Source: Ilumatobacteraceae bacterium (GTDB taxonomy: Bacteria; Actinomycetota; Acidimicrobiia; Acidimicrobiales; Ilumatobacteraceae). From it: a DNA stretch of 64,000 nucleotides. The stretch spans positions 98,245-162,244 of the forward strand of contig CAVVBH010000031.1 of assembly GCA_963746365.1 (NCBI GenBank), given 5' to 3'. Made by a program: the position numbers and the translations under genes. Below are positions 33,629-43,514 of this stretch, piece after piece; position 1 is the stretch's first letter; the number at the start of each line of letters is the position of its first letter. Below the pieces are notes generated by a model. That model saw only the letters and a list, made by a program, of their open reading frames with translations. It made no database searches and had not been told where the DNA came from.

Positions 33629-34246
33629 CTACCGGCTCGGCGGCCGCGCCAATGATCCTGCGGCGAGGCCGACCTCTGTCTCCAGCGCCGTCATCGCCCA
33701 GTCCAGCACCTGGGAGCGCTCGATCAACCCGGGGTGCGCCGCCAATTGCATGCTCAATCCGTCGAGCAACGACAACACTCGCCACGCAGCGGCGTCGGGA
33801 TCGTCGCACGACATGGTGCCTTCCGCGATTCCCTCGGCGATCGCGGTGGCGATCAGTCGTTGCCAGGCGATGTTCAACCGACGCGAGGTCGCCCCCAAGG
33901 CCGGGCGGCGGCTGGCCTCGGCCCAGGCGTCGAGCCACATCTGGAATGCGCTGTACTCGTCAGTGCGCGTGTACGACCCGAAGAAGCTCGCCAGCTGCTC
34001 GGTCGCGCCGCTGCAGGATTTCATCGCCGCCTCGGTGTCCGCAAGGTCCGCGCCCGCCGCTTCGGCGAATGCGGCCGCGAGCACGTCGTCCATCGACGCG
34101 AAGTAGTGGTGGATCAGTCCGCTCGAAGTGCCCATCTCGGCTGCGACATCGCGAACGGTGGTATTGGCCAAACCCTTGGTGGCGGCGACACGCAACGTCG
34201 CAGCGACGATCTCGTCTCGGCGCGCACTCGGGCTCAGGCGGGGCAC
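33629..34246 (-). CDS. TetR-family transcriptional regulator
   Basis: N-terminal HTH RRDEIVAATLRVAATKGLANTTVRDVAAEMGTSSGLIHHYFASMDDVL. GTG at 34246 is preferred because the ATG at 34293 would leave only 6 nt to the divergent gene. Confidence 0.8.
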   Translation of the reverse strand: MPRLSPSARRDEIVAATLRVAATKGLANTTVRDVAAEMGTSSGLIHHYFASMDDVLAAAFAEAAGADLADTEAAMKSCSGATEQLASFFGSYTRTDEYSAFQMWLDAWAEASRRPALGATSRRLNIAWQRLIATAIAEGIAEGTMSCDDPDAAAWRVLSLLDGLSMQLAAHPGLIERSQVLDWAMTALETEVGLAAGSLARPPSR

Positions 34247-34252
34247 ACCGAC

Positions 34253-34263
34253 ACAGTAACTGT
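34253..34263. promoter_or_regulatory. candidate TetR operator, palindrome ACAGT-A-ACTGT in the divergent intergenic region
   Basis: Perfect 5-1-5 palindrome within the AT-rich stretch acacagtaactgttattgcg, between the TetR start (34246) and the GcvT-like start (34300). Confidence 0.35.
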
Positions 34264-34299
34264 TATTGCGCGTTTGTCCAACAGGGTCTACCATCGCCG

Positions 34300-35500
34300 G
34301 ATGGTCTTGACGACGCCGTTCCACGAGCGCCTGGCCCCGTTGAACCACACGCAACTCTGGTCGCACTGGTCCGGCTACCTGTCGGCCGTGAAGTACCAGA
34401 TGTCCGACAAGTTCGAGTACTTCGCGGTGCGCAACTCTGCCGGCCTCATCGACACCTCGCCGCTCTACAAGTACCGGATAGCCGGTCGCGACGCCGGCAA
34501 GTTCCTCGGTGGCGTTCTGGCCCGCGACATTGGCGCCTGCCGCGACGGCCAGGCGCAATACACGCTGTGGTGTGACGAGCGTGGATTCGTGATCGAGGAC
34601 GGCGTGGTGATCAGGTTCGCCGCCGACGACTTCATCCTCACCTCGGCCGAGCCCAACCTCGCGTACTTCCAGAAGCTCATCGGGTACGACCACGTCGAGA
34701 TCACCGACGTGTCGGCCGACTACGCATCACTGGCCGTGCAGGGTCCGAGGTCACGCGAGATCCTGGCTGGTCTCGATCCACAGATCGCGCCGCTCGGTTT
34801 CTTTCACCACGGTCCTGCCAAGATCGGCAATGTCCCCGTGCATGTCTCGCGCACCGGCTACACGGGCGATCTCGGGTACGAGCTGTGGGTGGGCGCAGAC
34901 GGTGCCATCGAGATGTGGGACACGTTGACGGAGGCGTGCGCCGGACGAGGAGTGCTGCCCGTGGGGCAGAGCGCCTTGCTGATGACCCGAATCGAAGCCG
35001 GCCTCATACTGATCGGGGTCGACTTCCACTCCAGCCGATTCGCGTTCAACGACGAGGACTGCTCGACGCCTGCGGAGCTCGGCTTCGCGTGGATGTTCCG
35101 TGATCTGGCCAACTCGACACGGCGGTTCATCGGTCGCGCTGCCATCGAGCGCGAACTTGCCGACAAGACCTCACGCTGGAAGATGTGTGGGCTGACCATC
35201 GATTGGCGGGACTGGGATCGCCACTACGGCGAGGCCGGCCTGATCCCGCCAAAGGACGAGACCCCCGTCGTCTACGAGATGATGTTGTACGACGACGAGG
35301 GCAACCGGGTCGGTTACACGACCAGCTTCATGTACTCGCCGATGCTGCAACGTCACATCGCGATGGCCCGTGTGCGTCCGGATCTCGCGACGGCGGGATC
35401 ACACGTCAACCTCGAGATCACGATCAACCACCGCTACCACACCGTTGCTGCCGTCGTTGCTCGACCACCGTTGTTCAACCCGCCGAGAAAGACAGCCTGA
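34300..35500 (+). CDS. aminomethyltransferase (GcvT/folate-binding) family protein
   Basis: 400 aa. FAVRNSAGLIDTSPLYKYRI, SRTGYTGDLGYELW. This is the GcvT-type fold without an attached oxidase domain. Confidence 0.8.
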
Positions 35501-35503
35501 GCC

Positions 35504-37099
35504 ATGACAGCCAAGCGCTCGTACGACGCGATCGTGATCGGTGGCGGCCACAACGGACTGGTCAACGGTGCATACCTCGCCAAGTCGGGCCTGCGCACCT
35601 TGATCATCGAGCGGCGTCACATCGTCGGTGGTGCAGCCATCACCGAGGAGTTGATCCCCGGTTTCCACTTCACCACGTTCTCGTATGCCCTCAGCCTGCT
35701 GCGTCCCGACATCATCCACGAACTGGAGCTGACCAAGCACGGCTTCATGCCCATCCAGATGCCGTCCGCCTTTGCGCCCATGGAGAACGGCGACTACCTG
35801 CTGATGGGCACCGACCGCAACGAGAACCTCAAGGAGATCGCCCGTCACTCCAAGCACGACGCCGACGCGATGGATCAATACGAGTTCGACATGGCACAGG
35901 TGTGCCAGGCGCTGAAGCCGCTCGTCGACTCGGCACCGCCGAACCTGTTCGGCACCGATCCTGCCGACGCGATGCAGTTGGCCGACCTTGCCAGGCGAAT
36001 GAAGTCGCTGCCGCCGCGAGTGCTGCAGAACTGCATCCGATTGCTCACTGGTAGCTCTGCCGATTTCCTCGACGACTACTTCGAGAGCGACATCATCAAG
36101 GGATGGCTGTCGTCGTCGAGCATCATCGGCAGCAAGGTCGGTCCACGCTCGCAGGGGTCCGGGCTCGTGCTGTTGTTCCACAACCTCGGCGAGCACGACG
36201 GTCACTTCGGTTCGTGGGCGTTCCACAAGGGCGGCAACGGAGGGTTCACGCAGGTGTTGGCACGTGCCGCGCAGTCCTTCGGTGCCGAGATCGTCGTCGA
36301 CACCCCCGTCGATCACGTGATCACCAACAACGGCAAGGCCACCGGCGTGGCGCTGGCCGACGGCACGGAGCTGAAGGCAAAGGTGGTCGTCAGCTCACTC
36401 GACCCGCGGCGTACGTTCACCCAGTTGGTCGATCCGGCCGACCTGCCGACCGAGCTCAACGACAGCATCCGTCGCTTCCGCTTCCAGGGCACCTCCGCCA
36501 AGGTCAACTTCGCCCTCGACGGCGCGCCGCGCTATCCGGCGCTCGGAGATCGCACGGATCAGTTCCGCGGCTTCACCAACATCGGGCCCTCGATGGACTA
36601 CCTCGAGCGCGCGTTCGACGACGCGAAGTACGGCTGGTACAGCAAGCGGCCGTACATCGATGCGTGCCTGCAGTCGTTGGTGGATCCCGACATGGCGCCG
36701 CCCGGCAAGCACGTCATGTCGTGCTTCATCCAGTACGCGCCGTACGAGTTGAAGGGTAGCGATTGGGACACCGAACGGCAGAACTTCGGCGACACCGTTC
36801 AGGCGACCCTCGAGTCGTTCTTCCCGGGCTTTGGCGAACTCGTCCTGCACCGCGAAATCGTGACGCCGCTCGACATCGAGCGAGTCGTCGGGCTGAGCGA
36901 GGGAAACATCTTCGCCGGCGAGTTCCTGTCGCCCCAGATGTACTTCTTCCGCCCTGCACCGGGTTGGAACCAGTACCGCACGCCGATCGACGGCTACTAC
37001 CAGTGCGGTTCGGGCACCCATCCCGGCGGGTGCGTCTCCGGCGGACCGGGCAAACTGGCATCGCAACAGATCATCGGCGACCTCGTCCGCAAAGGCTGA
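35504..37099 (+). CDS. FAD-dependent oxidoreductase of the phytoene-desaturase (CrtI-like) family
   Basis: YDAIVIGGGHNGLVNGAYLAKSGLRTLIIERRHIVGGAA (dinucleotide fold), 531 aa, C-terminal GSGTHPGGCVSGGPG. Starts 3 nt after the GcvT-like stop. Confidence 0.8.
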   Translation: MTAKRSYDAIVIGGGHNGLVNGAYLAKSGLRTLIIERRHIVGGAAITEELIPGFHFTTFSYALSLLRPDIIHELELTKHGFMPIQMPSAFAPMENGDYLLMGTDRNENLKEIARHSKHDADAMDQYEFDMAQVCQALKPLVDSAPPNLFGTDPADAMQLADLARRMKSLPPRVLQNCIRLLTGSSADFLDDYFESDIIKGWLSSSSIIGSKVGPRSQGSGLVLLFHNLGEHDGHFGSWAFHKGGNGGFTQVLARAAQSFGAEIVVDTPVDHVITNNGKATGVALADGTELKAKVVVSSLDPRRTFTQLVDPADLPTELNDSIRRFRFQGTSAKVNFALDGAPRYPALGDRTDQFRGFTNIGPSMDYLERAFDDAKYGWYSKRPYIDACLQSLVDPDMAPPGKHVMSCFIQYAPYELKGSDWDTERQNFGDTVQATLESFFPGFGELVLHREIVTPLDIERVVGLSEGNIFAGEFLSPQMYFFRPAPGWNQYRTPIDGYYQCGSGTHPGGCVSGGPGKLASQQIIGDLVRKG

Positions 37100-37104
37100 C
37101 CCCC

Positions 37105-37213
37105 GTGCGATGAGAGATGAGCCGGCCGGCGCCGCACATCTCTCATCGGCTTCCGGTCGAGCGCGAGCGCGATGAGAGATATGCGGAAGGCACCGGCTCA
37201 TCTCTCATCGCGC
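37105..37213. repeat. second locus of the GATGAGAGATG/CATCTCTCATC hairpin-pair family
   Basis: Hairpin 3 cores at 37109-37119 and 37137-37147. Hairpin 4 arms at 37167-37186 and 37193-37213. Starts 6 nt after the stop of the CrtI-like gene. Confidence 0.9.
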
Positions 37214-37308
37214 TCAGTTCGCTCGGCGCGGCGTTCGCCAGGCACGAACCCCCGTGATGTCGCCCGACGAGTGCCGGGGTACGGTGCGGCGAGTCGAAGG
37301 GGGTTGAA

Positions 37309-38484
37309 ATGACCGACAGCGCAGCGGTTGAAGCAAAATGTGCCGACCACTCGAAGGCAGAGCCCTTCCGGTTCTTCGACAACCGCGAGAAGTACCTGCT
37401 GTTCGTGATGACGACCAGCGAGAAGGCCGAGGTCGCGGCGCGCATCGGTCGCGAGATCGCCCACATCGTGCCGCGCCCACCCGCGTTGCGGCTGTTCGAC
37501 GCCGGCACCGGCAACGGCATGGTGATGAGTCAGGTGCTCCGCGAGATGCACCGACGCATGCCGACGGTGCCGTTCTTCGTGGTCGGCAAGGAAGTCAGCA
37601 TGGAAGACACGCGCCTCACCCTGGCGACCCTGCCCGATCGGCTCGCCGAGCACCCGCAATCCGTCGTCGTGCTGACCAACATGTTCTACGCCGAGGCGCC
37701 GCACCTGTTCCCGAGGTCGCCGGAGTTCCAAGACAAGGTCCGGTGGATCGATGTAGCGCTGAAGGGCAACACCTCTCACGAGTTCTTCCAGCAGATCCAC
37801 GAGCTCGACGACCATCTCACACAGGGTTGGCAAACAGCCTCCAGTGCCAAGACCGGCAACCCCGTGTACGTCACGCCGTCGGTCATGGTCCTGTACCGCG
37901 ACGATCAGGCGTTCGCGCTCGACGACCTGATCCCGCGACCGACGGGTGCCCCGCAGCCGTTCGAGTACGACCTGGTGTTGGCGGCCCAGCCGTACCGCAG
38001 CCGTACGTCTGCCGAGACGAAGGTCAAGAACGTCCTGGCACCATTGGCCAAGGCGCTCGCACCGAGCGGTCGGCTGGTGGTCGTGCAGTCGACGGGCCAC
38101 GATCCGGGCATGGAGATCATCCGCAAGATCTGGCCCGCAGAGGATCCGTTCGCGACCCCGCGTCACAAGCTGATCAAGGAGCTCGACGCGCAGCTCAACG
38201 GCGACGTTGCTCCCGACTTCGGGTTCGAAGGCACCAGCGACGCGGCGTCGCTGTTCACTTATCACCTCCATGCGATGCCGAACGAGGTGTCGAATCGCAT
38301 CAGCACGTCGACCACGATGGCGGCGTGGAACGCAGCCGTCTATGTCGCGCAGATCGAGGACGAACGAACCGCTGATGTGCTGATGGAGGGCAAGTACCTC
38401 GACGCGACCGCAGAGGTCGTGTTGAAGCACGGAGGGCTCTGGTTTCAGGACGAGTCGTTCGTCGTGGTACGCCATGCGTCGTGA
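37309..38484 (+). CDS. conserved hypothetical 391-aa protein with a methyltransferase-like GxGxG motif
   Basis: Intact ORF with good coding composition. LRLFDAGTGNGMVMSQVL resembles SAM-MTase motif I. The rest is not assignable by eye. The stop overlaps the next start (GTGA at 38481-38484). Confidence 0.7.
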   Translation: MTDSAAVEAKCADHSKAEPFRFFDNREKYLLFVMTTSEKAEVAARIGREIAHIVPRPPALRLFDAGTGNGMVMSQVLREMHRRMPTVPFFVVGKEVSMEDTRLTLATLPDRLAEHPQSVVVLTNMFYAEAPHLFPRSPEFQDKVRWIDVALKGNTSHEFFQQIHELDDHLTQGWQTASSAKTGNPVYVTPSVMVLYRDDQAFALDDLIPRPTGAPQPFEYDLVLAAQPYRSRTSAETKVKNVLAPLAKALAPSGRLVVVQSTGHDPGMEIIRKIWPAEDPFATPRHKLIKELDAQLNGDVAPDFGFEGTSDAASLFTYHLHAMPNEVSNRISTSTTMAAWNAAVYVAQIEDERTADVLMEGKYLDATAEVVLKHGGLWFQDESFVVVRHAS

Positions 38485-38972
38485 ATCCGCAAGACCAGGT
38501 CGTCGCCCATCTTCTCCGGCTCGGGGTGGATCACGAGATCGTGCCCTGCGATCCGGCCCTCGCTGATACCGCAGCGTTCTGCGAGGCATACGGCTACTCG
38601 CCCGACGACTCGGCCAACACCATCATCGTCGTCGGGAAAGGTCAGACACCACGGCCGGTCGCGTGTGTCGTGCTGGCCTCGACACGGCTCGACGTGAACG
38701 GTGTCGTGCGCAAACGCCTCGAGGTGCGCAAGGCCTCGTTTGCCTCCGCGGACGAGACGATGCAGATCACCGGCATGGAGATCGGCGGGGTGACCGCGTT
38801 CGCGCTTCCCGATGGGTTGCCGATCTGGATCGATGCTGCGGTGATGGCGCGGGAGCGGATCATCCTCGGCGGCGGGAGCAGGTCGATCAAGGTGTTGACA
38901 CCGCCGTCGACGCTCACTGCAGTCGACAACGTGACGGTGATCGACGACTTGGCTCGCGCTCGCGAATCGAGC
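38481..38972 (+). CDS. YbaK/EbsC-type aminoacyl-tRNA deacylase-like domain protein; no stop codon before the following kinase
   Basis: ..CDPALADTAAFCEAYGYSPDDSANTIIV..MEIGGVTAFALPDGLPIWIDAAV..RIILGGGSRSIKV.. has the YbaK-domain length and motifs (about 157 aa). The reading frame continues uninterrupted into the kinase, so the end coordinate is nominal. Confidence 0.65.
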
Positions 38973-40005
38973 AGCCCGCGCACGTCGCTGATCGTCACGG
39001 CCGACGACAGCACCGGCGCGACGGAGGCCGCGGCAGCGTGTGCCGATGCGGGGTTGGCAGTCGACGTCGTTCCGTTCGGGGTGTCGTCGGTTCCGGCACC
39101 ATGTGTGGTCGCCGACCTGCGATCCCGTCATGCAGCGCCTGAGGAGGCTCGTCGACGAATCATCGCCGTCACCACCCATGCACATCGGGTGCACAAGATC
39201 GACTCGACGCTGCGCGGCAACTGGGCCGCAGAGCTCGCCGCTCTGGTCGATGCCGGCCGACGGGTCGTGCTGATCCCTTCGCATCCACTGGCCGGACGGG
39301 TGTGTGCCGGTGGGATCGTGTACGTCGGTGGCGTTCCCGTCGCCGACAGCGAGCTCGGCAACGACCCTCGCCTGCCCGTGCGCAGTAGCCGGCCGAGCGA
39401 GGCTCTGCCTGGCGCCGAGTTGGCCGGACGGCGGTCGCTGGCCGAATGGCTGGCGCAGTCGGAGCCCGGCGTCGCCATCGTCGATGCCTCCTCGCTGGCG
39501 GAGATCGACGAACTGGCCGCCATCGCGCTCGTGGCCGACGACGTCGTGGTGTCCGGCCCGGCCTCGGTGGTACGGGCAGTCGCAGGCGTCTGGTCGCCGC
39601 ACGGCGGGGCCAACCTTCCGCATCCCTTGCTGCCGAGGCCGATCGTGGTGGTGTGCGCCAGCCTGCACCCCGTCAGCCGCGCCCAGATCGAGAGGGTGGC
39701 CGAGGCCGGCGTCGAGGTGGTGACGTCGTCGCAGGTCCGCGCAGGGCGACCCCGAACTGATCGCCGTCGAGGTTGCCGAGCGTGCCCACGACCTCGTCGT
39801 GACCAGGGGCGCTCGCAGCGTGATGCTGATCGGTGGCGACACGGCGGAAGCGTTCATCGGCGACAGCGTGGTGCGGGTGTTCGGTTCGATCGATGTCGGC
39901 GTCAGCCTGGGCGACGCCGAGGTTCGAGGGACCCGGCTGCGAATCGCCAGCAAGCCCGGTGGGTTCGGTACACCCAATACGCTGGTGGACCTGGTGACGA
40001 GATGA
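38973..40005 (+). pseudogene. four-carbon acid sugar kinase (DUF1537) family protein, in frame with the YbaK-like domain; one frame break near 39735-39748
   Basis: N-terminal signature LIVTADDSTGATEAAAACADAGL, HKIDSTLRGN. The C-terminal domain ..LVVTRGARSVMLIGGDTAEAFIG..ASKPGGFGTPNTLVDLVTR* is in the frame of ORF 39799..40005, which is open from 39724. No ATG/GTG start sits at the domain boundary (ACG TCG CTG ATC..). Confidence 0.7.
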
Positions 40006-41006
40006 CTGCAGACGTGACCCCGACGGTGCCGATGGCGATCACGATGGGCGATGCCTCTGGGGTCGGGCCGGAGATCGTGCTGCGTCGCGCTGCGGAGGGC
40101 GCGTTCGCCGGCGAGCCGATCGTGGTGTACGGCGACGCTGCGATACTGCGGCACGGTGCGCAAGTGCTCGGGGTAGATGTCGAGATCGAGTCCATCACCG
40201 ATCCGCGCCATTGGCGCTCGGGCGGTCCGCTGCAGGTCGTCGACGCCGGGTTGCTGCAGGCTTCCGATCATCGCCCCGGTGTCATCGATGCCGCGTCGGG
40301 TGCCGCCGCCCGGCGGTACGTGCTCTCGGCGACGACCGATGCCCTCGCCGGCACTGTTGCCGGCATCGTGACGATGCCGATGAACAAGGAGGCGACTCAG
40401 CTGACCGACCCCGGGTTCGTCGGGCACACCGAGTTGATCGCGGAGGTGTGCGGCGTGCAGCGCTTCACGATGATGCTGACGGCCGGCGACCTGGCGGTCA
40501 CACACGTCAGCACGCATGTGTCGCTGCAGGAGGCCATCCGCCGCGTGACGACAGCACGTGTCCGCGAGGTGATCGAGCTGACCTACGAAACGCTGCATCG
40601 TTTCCTCGAACATCCGCGGATCGCCGTGTGTGGTGTCAATCCGCATGCCGGCGAGCATGGGCTGTTCGGATCAGAAGACGCCGAGCAGATCGTTCCGGCC
40701 ATCGACGCGGCCCGCACGGCTGGCATCGACGCGACCGGGCCACATCCGGCCGACACCGTTTTTCACCAGGCCGTCCACAACAAGCGGTTCGATGCGATCG
40801 TCTGCATGTACCACGACCAGGGTCATACACCGATGAAGCTGTTGGCCTTCGAGAGCGGCGTCAACGTGACCGTCGGTCTGCCGATCGTGCGCACGTCGGT
40901 CGATCACGGGACGGCCTTCGACATTGCCTGGAAGGGTGTGGCCTTCACGGGCTCACTGGATCATGCCCTGCAGTGGGCGAGGCGTTTGGCCGGCGTTGGT
41001 CAGTGA
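40002..41006 (+). CDS. PdxA-family NAD-dependent 4-phospho-hydroxyacid dehydrogenase (PdxA/PdxA2-like)
   Basis: ITMGDASGVGPEIVL, GFVGHTELIA, GVNPHAGEHGLFG, MYHDQGH, VRTSVDHGTAFDIAWKG. The ATG at 40002 overlaps the kinase stop (ATGA). Confidence 0.85.
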   Translation: MTADVTPTVPMAITMGDASGVGPEIVLRRAAEGAFAGEPIVVYGDAAILRHGAQVLGVDVEIESITDPRHWRSGGPLQVVDAGLLQASDHRPGVIDAASGAAARRYVLSATTDALAGTVAGIVTMPMNKEATQLTDPGFVGHTELIAEVCGVQRFTMMLTAGDLAVTHVSTHVSLQEAIRRVTTARVREVIELTYETLHRFLEHPRIAVCGVNPHAGEHGLFGSEDAEQIVPAIDAARTAGIDATGPHPADTVFHQAVHNKRFDAIVCMYHDQGHTPMKLLAFESGVNVTVGLPIVRTSVDHGTAFDIAWKGVAFTGSLDHALQWARRLAGVGQ

Positions 41007-42169
41007 GGATCGACGAGATCGAGGAACTGCCACTGCTTGCCGTCGGCAAGGCCGATCAACTCGCGAGCGCAGGTCTGCCAGACGTTCGGCCCCGACGTGA
41101 CGTGTTGCGTGCCGGCATGCACATCGCGGTACAACCGTTGGATGGTGCCGTGACGTAGCGCGGTGGTGCCACCCGACAGATACACGAAGCTGGCGATCTC
41201 GTGGAGCGTCTTGGTGATGTGCGCAAGCGCCAGCCGGATCAGCGTGTGCTGCCGCACCGAGATCGCGTCACCGGCGTAGAGGCTCTTCGACAGATCGGTG
41301 AACGATTCCATCACCAGCGCACGCGCGGCGCGGAACTTCGCTTCGGCCTCGGCGTAGCCCTGCTGGAACGCGGCGCTGTCTGCCTGCGCGCCGGGTCGGC
41401 CTGCCTTGCCGTGCACCAAGCCGGCGAGCTCGTCGAGCAGTCGCCGGCCGACACCCATCGCCCAACCACTGTGGCAGGTGACGGCGAAGCCGATGATGCC
41501 GAGCCCGTACAAGTTGCCACCGCGCTCCGGCACCGTGGTGACCGCGAAGTGACTCCAGCCATCGGGCACGAACACGTTGTCCATCGTGTAGTCGATGCTG
41601 CCAGTGCCGCGCAGGCCCATGACGTCCCAGTTGTCGATGAGGTTGACGTCGGCGATCGGCGTGACGAAGATCCGTGGCTCGCCCGTCTCCTCGATGATGC
41701 CCAGCGAGTGCACGTGCGTCGAGTGCTTGAGGCCGGAGCCGAAGCTCCATGAGCCGCTCAGCGAGAGCCCACCGTCGACGATCGTCGCGGTTCCCGGCCT
41801 CGTGCCCTGGCCGGCGATGACGGGCTTCCGGCCATCGCCCCACAGCTCCGCGACAGCGTGATCCGACAGGTAGGCCCCGGCGGTTCCGATCGACAGGTTC
41901 GCGGCCATGACCACCCAGCCCGCGGAGGCATCGGCGTACGACAGGTTCTCGAGCACTTCGAGCGAGTGCAGAGGGTCGAGCTCAGAGCCTCCGAGCTTCT
42001 CGGGCACCCAGATGCTGAACAATCCTTCGCGATGCAGCGCTTCTACTGCCGCCGGCGACAGCTCGCCTTCGGTGTCGCCATATTCGGCCTCGGCATCCAG
42101 CAGTGGAACGAGCGCTTTGGCCTTTTCGGCGAGGATGGATTCTCCGGTGAGTGATTCGCCGAGCGGCAT
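41000..42169 (-). CDS. acyl-CoA dehydrogenase-fold flavoprotein (possibly a flavin-dependent monooxygenase type)
   Basis: 389 aa with three-domain ACAD-like layout (..GWVVMAANLS.., WSFGSG, DNWDVMGLRGTGS, YRDVHAGTQH). It lacks an obvious catalytic-Glu context, so substrate class is open. Confidence 0.7.
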   Translation of the reverse strand: MPLGESLTGESILAEKAKALVPLLDAEAEYGDTEGELSPAAVEALHREGLFSIWVPEKLGGSELDPLHSLEVLENLSYADASAGWVVMAANLSIGTAGAYLSDHAVAELWGDGRKPVIAGQGTRPGTATIVDGGLSLSGSWSFGSGLKHSTHVHSLGIIEETGEPRIFVTPIADVNLIDNWDVMGLRGTGSIDYTMDNVFVPDGWSHFAVTTVPERGGNLYGLGIIGFAVTCHSGWAMGVGRRLLDELAGLVHGKAGRPGAQADSAAFQQGYAEAEAKFRAARALVMESFTDLSKSLYAGDAISVRQHTLIRLALAHITKTLHEIASFVYLSGGTTALRHGTIQRLYRDVHAGTQHVTSGPNVWQTCARELIGLADGKQWQFLDLVDPH

Positions 42170-42206
42170 GCTGCTGACCCCTTTGTGCGTTTGCTCTGGG
42201 GCGAGC

Positions 42207-43514
42207 TTAAACAGACACGGCGTTCCTGGCCGCTTCGAGCTTTTCCGTGGTCAATCTCCGGCGGCCGACGATGAAGAGACCCGCGTAGATCGCCGCGTCG
42301 AGGAAGAACGCGGATCGAAGAGCGATCCGGCGATTGGCAAGTTGGCTGACCACTGTCACGGTGATGCCTCCGAGCGCCGCGCCGAGCGGCATCATGCCCC
42401 AAGCGAAGAAGCGGTAGACGCTGTTGACCCTTCCGAGCAGATGAGGCGGGATGATCGTTTGGCGGAGGCTGACGGTGATCACGTTCCAGGTCGAACCCAG
42501 GCTCGTTCCGATTCCGAAGGCCAGCATCACGACAGGCCACCACGACGACAGTCCGACCACGAATGCTGTGGCTGCGCTGGACCCGAGGGTCATCGCCAGA
42601 CACGTGCCGCTGCCGAGCCGTTTCGACAGCCATGGCGCCAGGTTGCTGCCGATGACGCCTCCAGCGGCGAACCCGAAGCCCATGATCGTGAACACCAGCG
42701 GACCGATGTTGAGGATCTCCTGGGCGAAGAGCACCAGCACCCCGCCGCTGAGTGCCGACGCCAGGTTCATCAGACCCAGGATGATCGCCATCGAGCGCAA
42801 GAGGTCGTGCGACCACAGCCAGCGGAAGCCTTCGGCAAGTTCGGTCTTCCAGGGTGCCTGCACGTGGTCGTCGGGCCGTTCGGCGCGGAAGTTGCCCGGA
42901 ATCGACCACACAAGCACGGCGGCGACCAGGAAGGACGCGGCATCGACGAAGAACGGCAGCGAAAAGGCCGCGATCAGCAGCAGTGAGCCCAGCGGCGGGC
43001 CGAGGAACGTGTTGGCGATGAACTCCGCGCTCCACATGCGACCGTTCGCCTTCTCCAACTGGTCGGGCTCGACGATCGACGGCATGAACGTCTGCCCGCA
43101 GTTGTCGCGCAGCACCTCGGCAGTGCCGAGCAGCAATGTGGCGAACAGCAGCACGAGGTACAGACCGGTCGACGTGCCCGTGACCTTCTCGACCTCGTCG
43201 ACGCCGGGCAGGCTCGATTGGCGCCCCAGCACGGCGAGGGCGACGATCAAGGTCAGCCCGAACCGCGTGAAATCGGCGAGCGCCATTGCCTTCTTGCGAT
43301 CGACGCGATCGGTGATCACGCCGGCAGGCAAGGTGAAGACGAGCCACGGCAGGCGTTGCACCAGCGCGACGCCGGCGATCAACAGCGGGTTACGGGTCAG
43401 AGCCGAGGCCAGCCATGGATAGGCGATCAGCGACATGCCGTCGCCGATGTTCGACACGGTGGTCGAGATGAACAGCTTGTGGTAGTTGGCGCCGAGGCGC
43501 TTCTTCTCGGTCAT
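42207..43514 (-). CDS. MFS transporter
   Basis: 435 aa, 12 predicted TM helices, with the MFS loop motif (GVITDRVDRKKAM). Start overlaps the ArsR-type gene stop (ATGA). Confidence 0.85.
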   Translation of the reverse strand: MTEKKRLGANYHKLFISTTVSNIGDGMSLIAYPWLASALTRNPLLIAGVALVQRLPWLVFTLPAGVITDRVDRKKAMALADFTRFGLTLIVALAVLGRQSSLPGVDEVEKVTGTSTGLYLVLLFATLLLGTAEVLRDNCGQTFMPSIVEPDQLEKANGRMWSAEFIANTFLGPPLGSLLLIAAFSLPFFVDAASFLVAAVLVWSIPGNFRAERPDDHVQAPWKTELAEGFRWLWSHDLLRSMAIILGLMNLASALSGGVLVLFAQEILNIGPLVFTIMGFGFAAGGVIGSNLAPWLSKRLGSGTCLAMTLGSSAATAFVVGLSSWWPVVMLAFGIGTSLGSTWNVITVSLRQTIIPPHLLGRVNSVYRFFAWGMMPLGAALGGITVTVVSQLANRRIALRSAFFLDAAIYAGLFIVGRRRLTTEKLEAARNAVSV

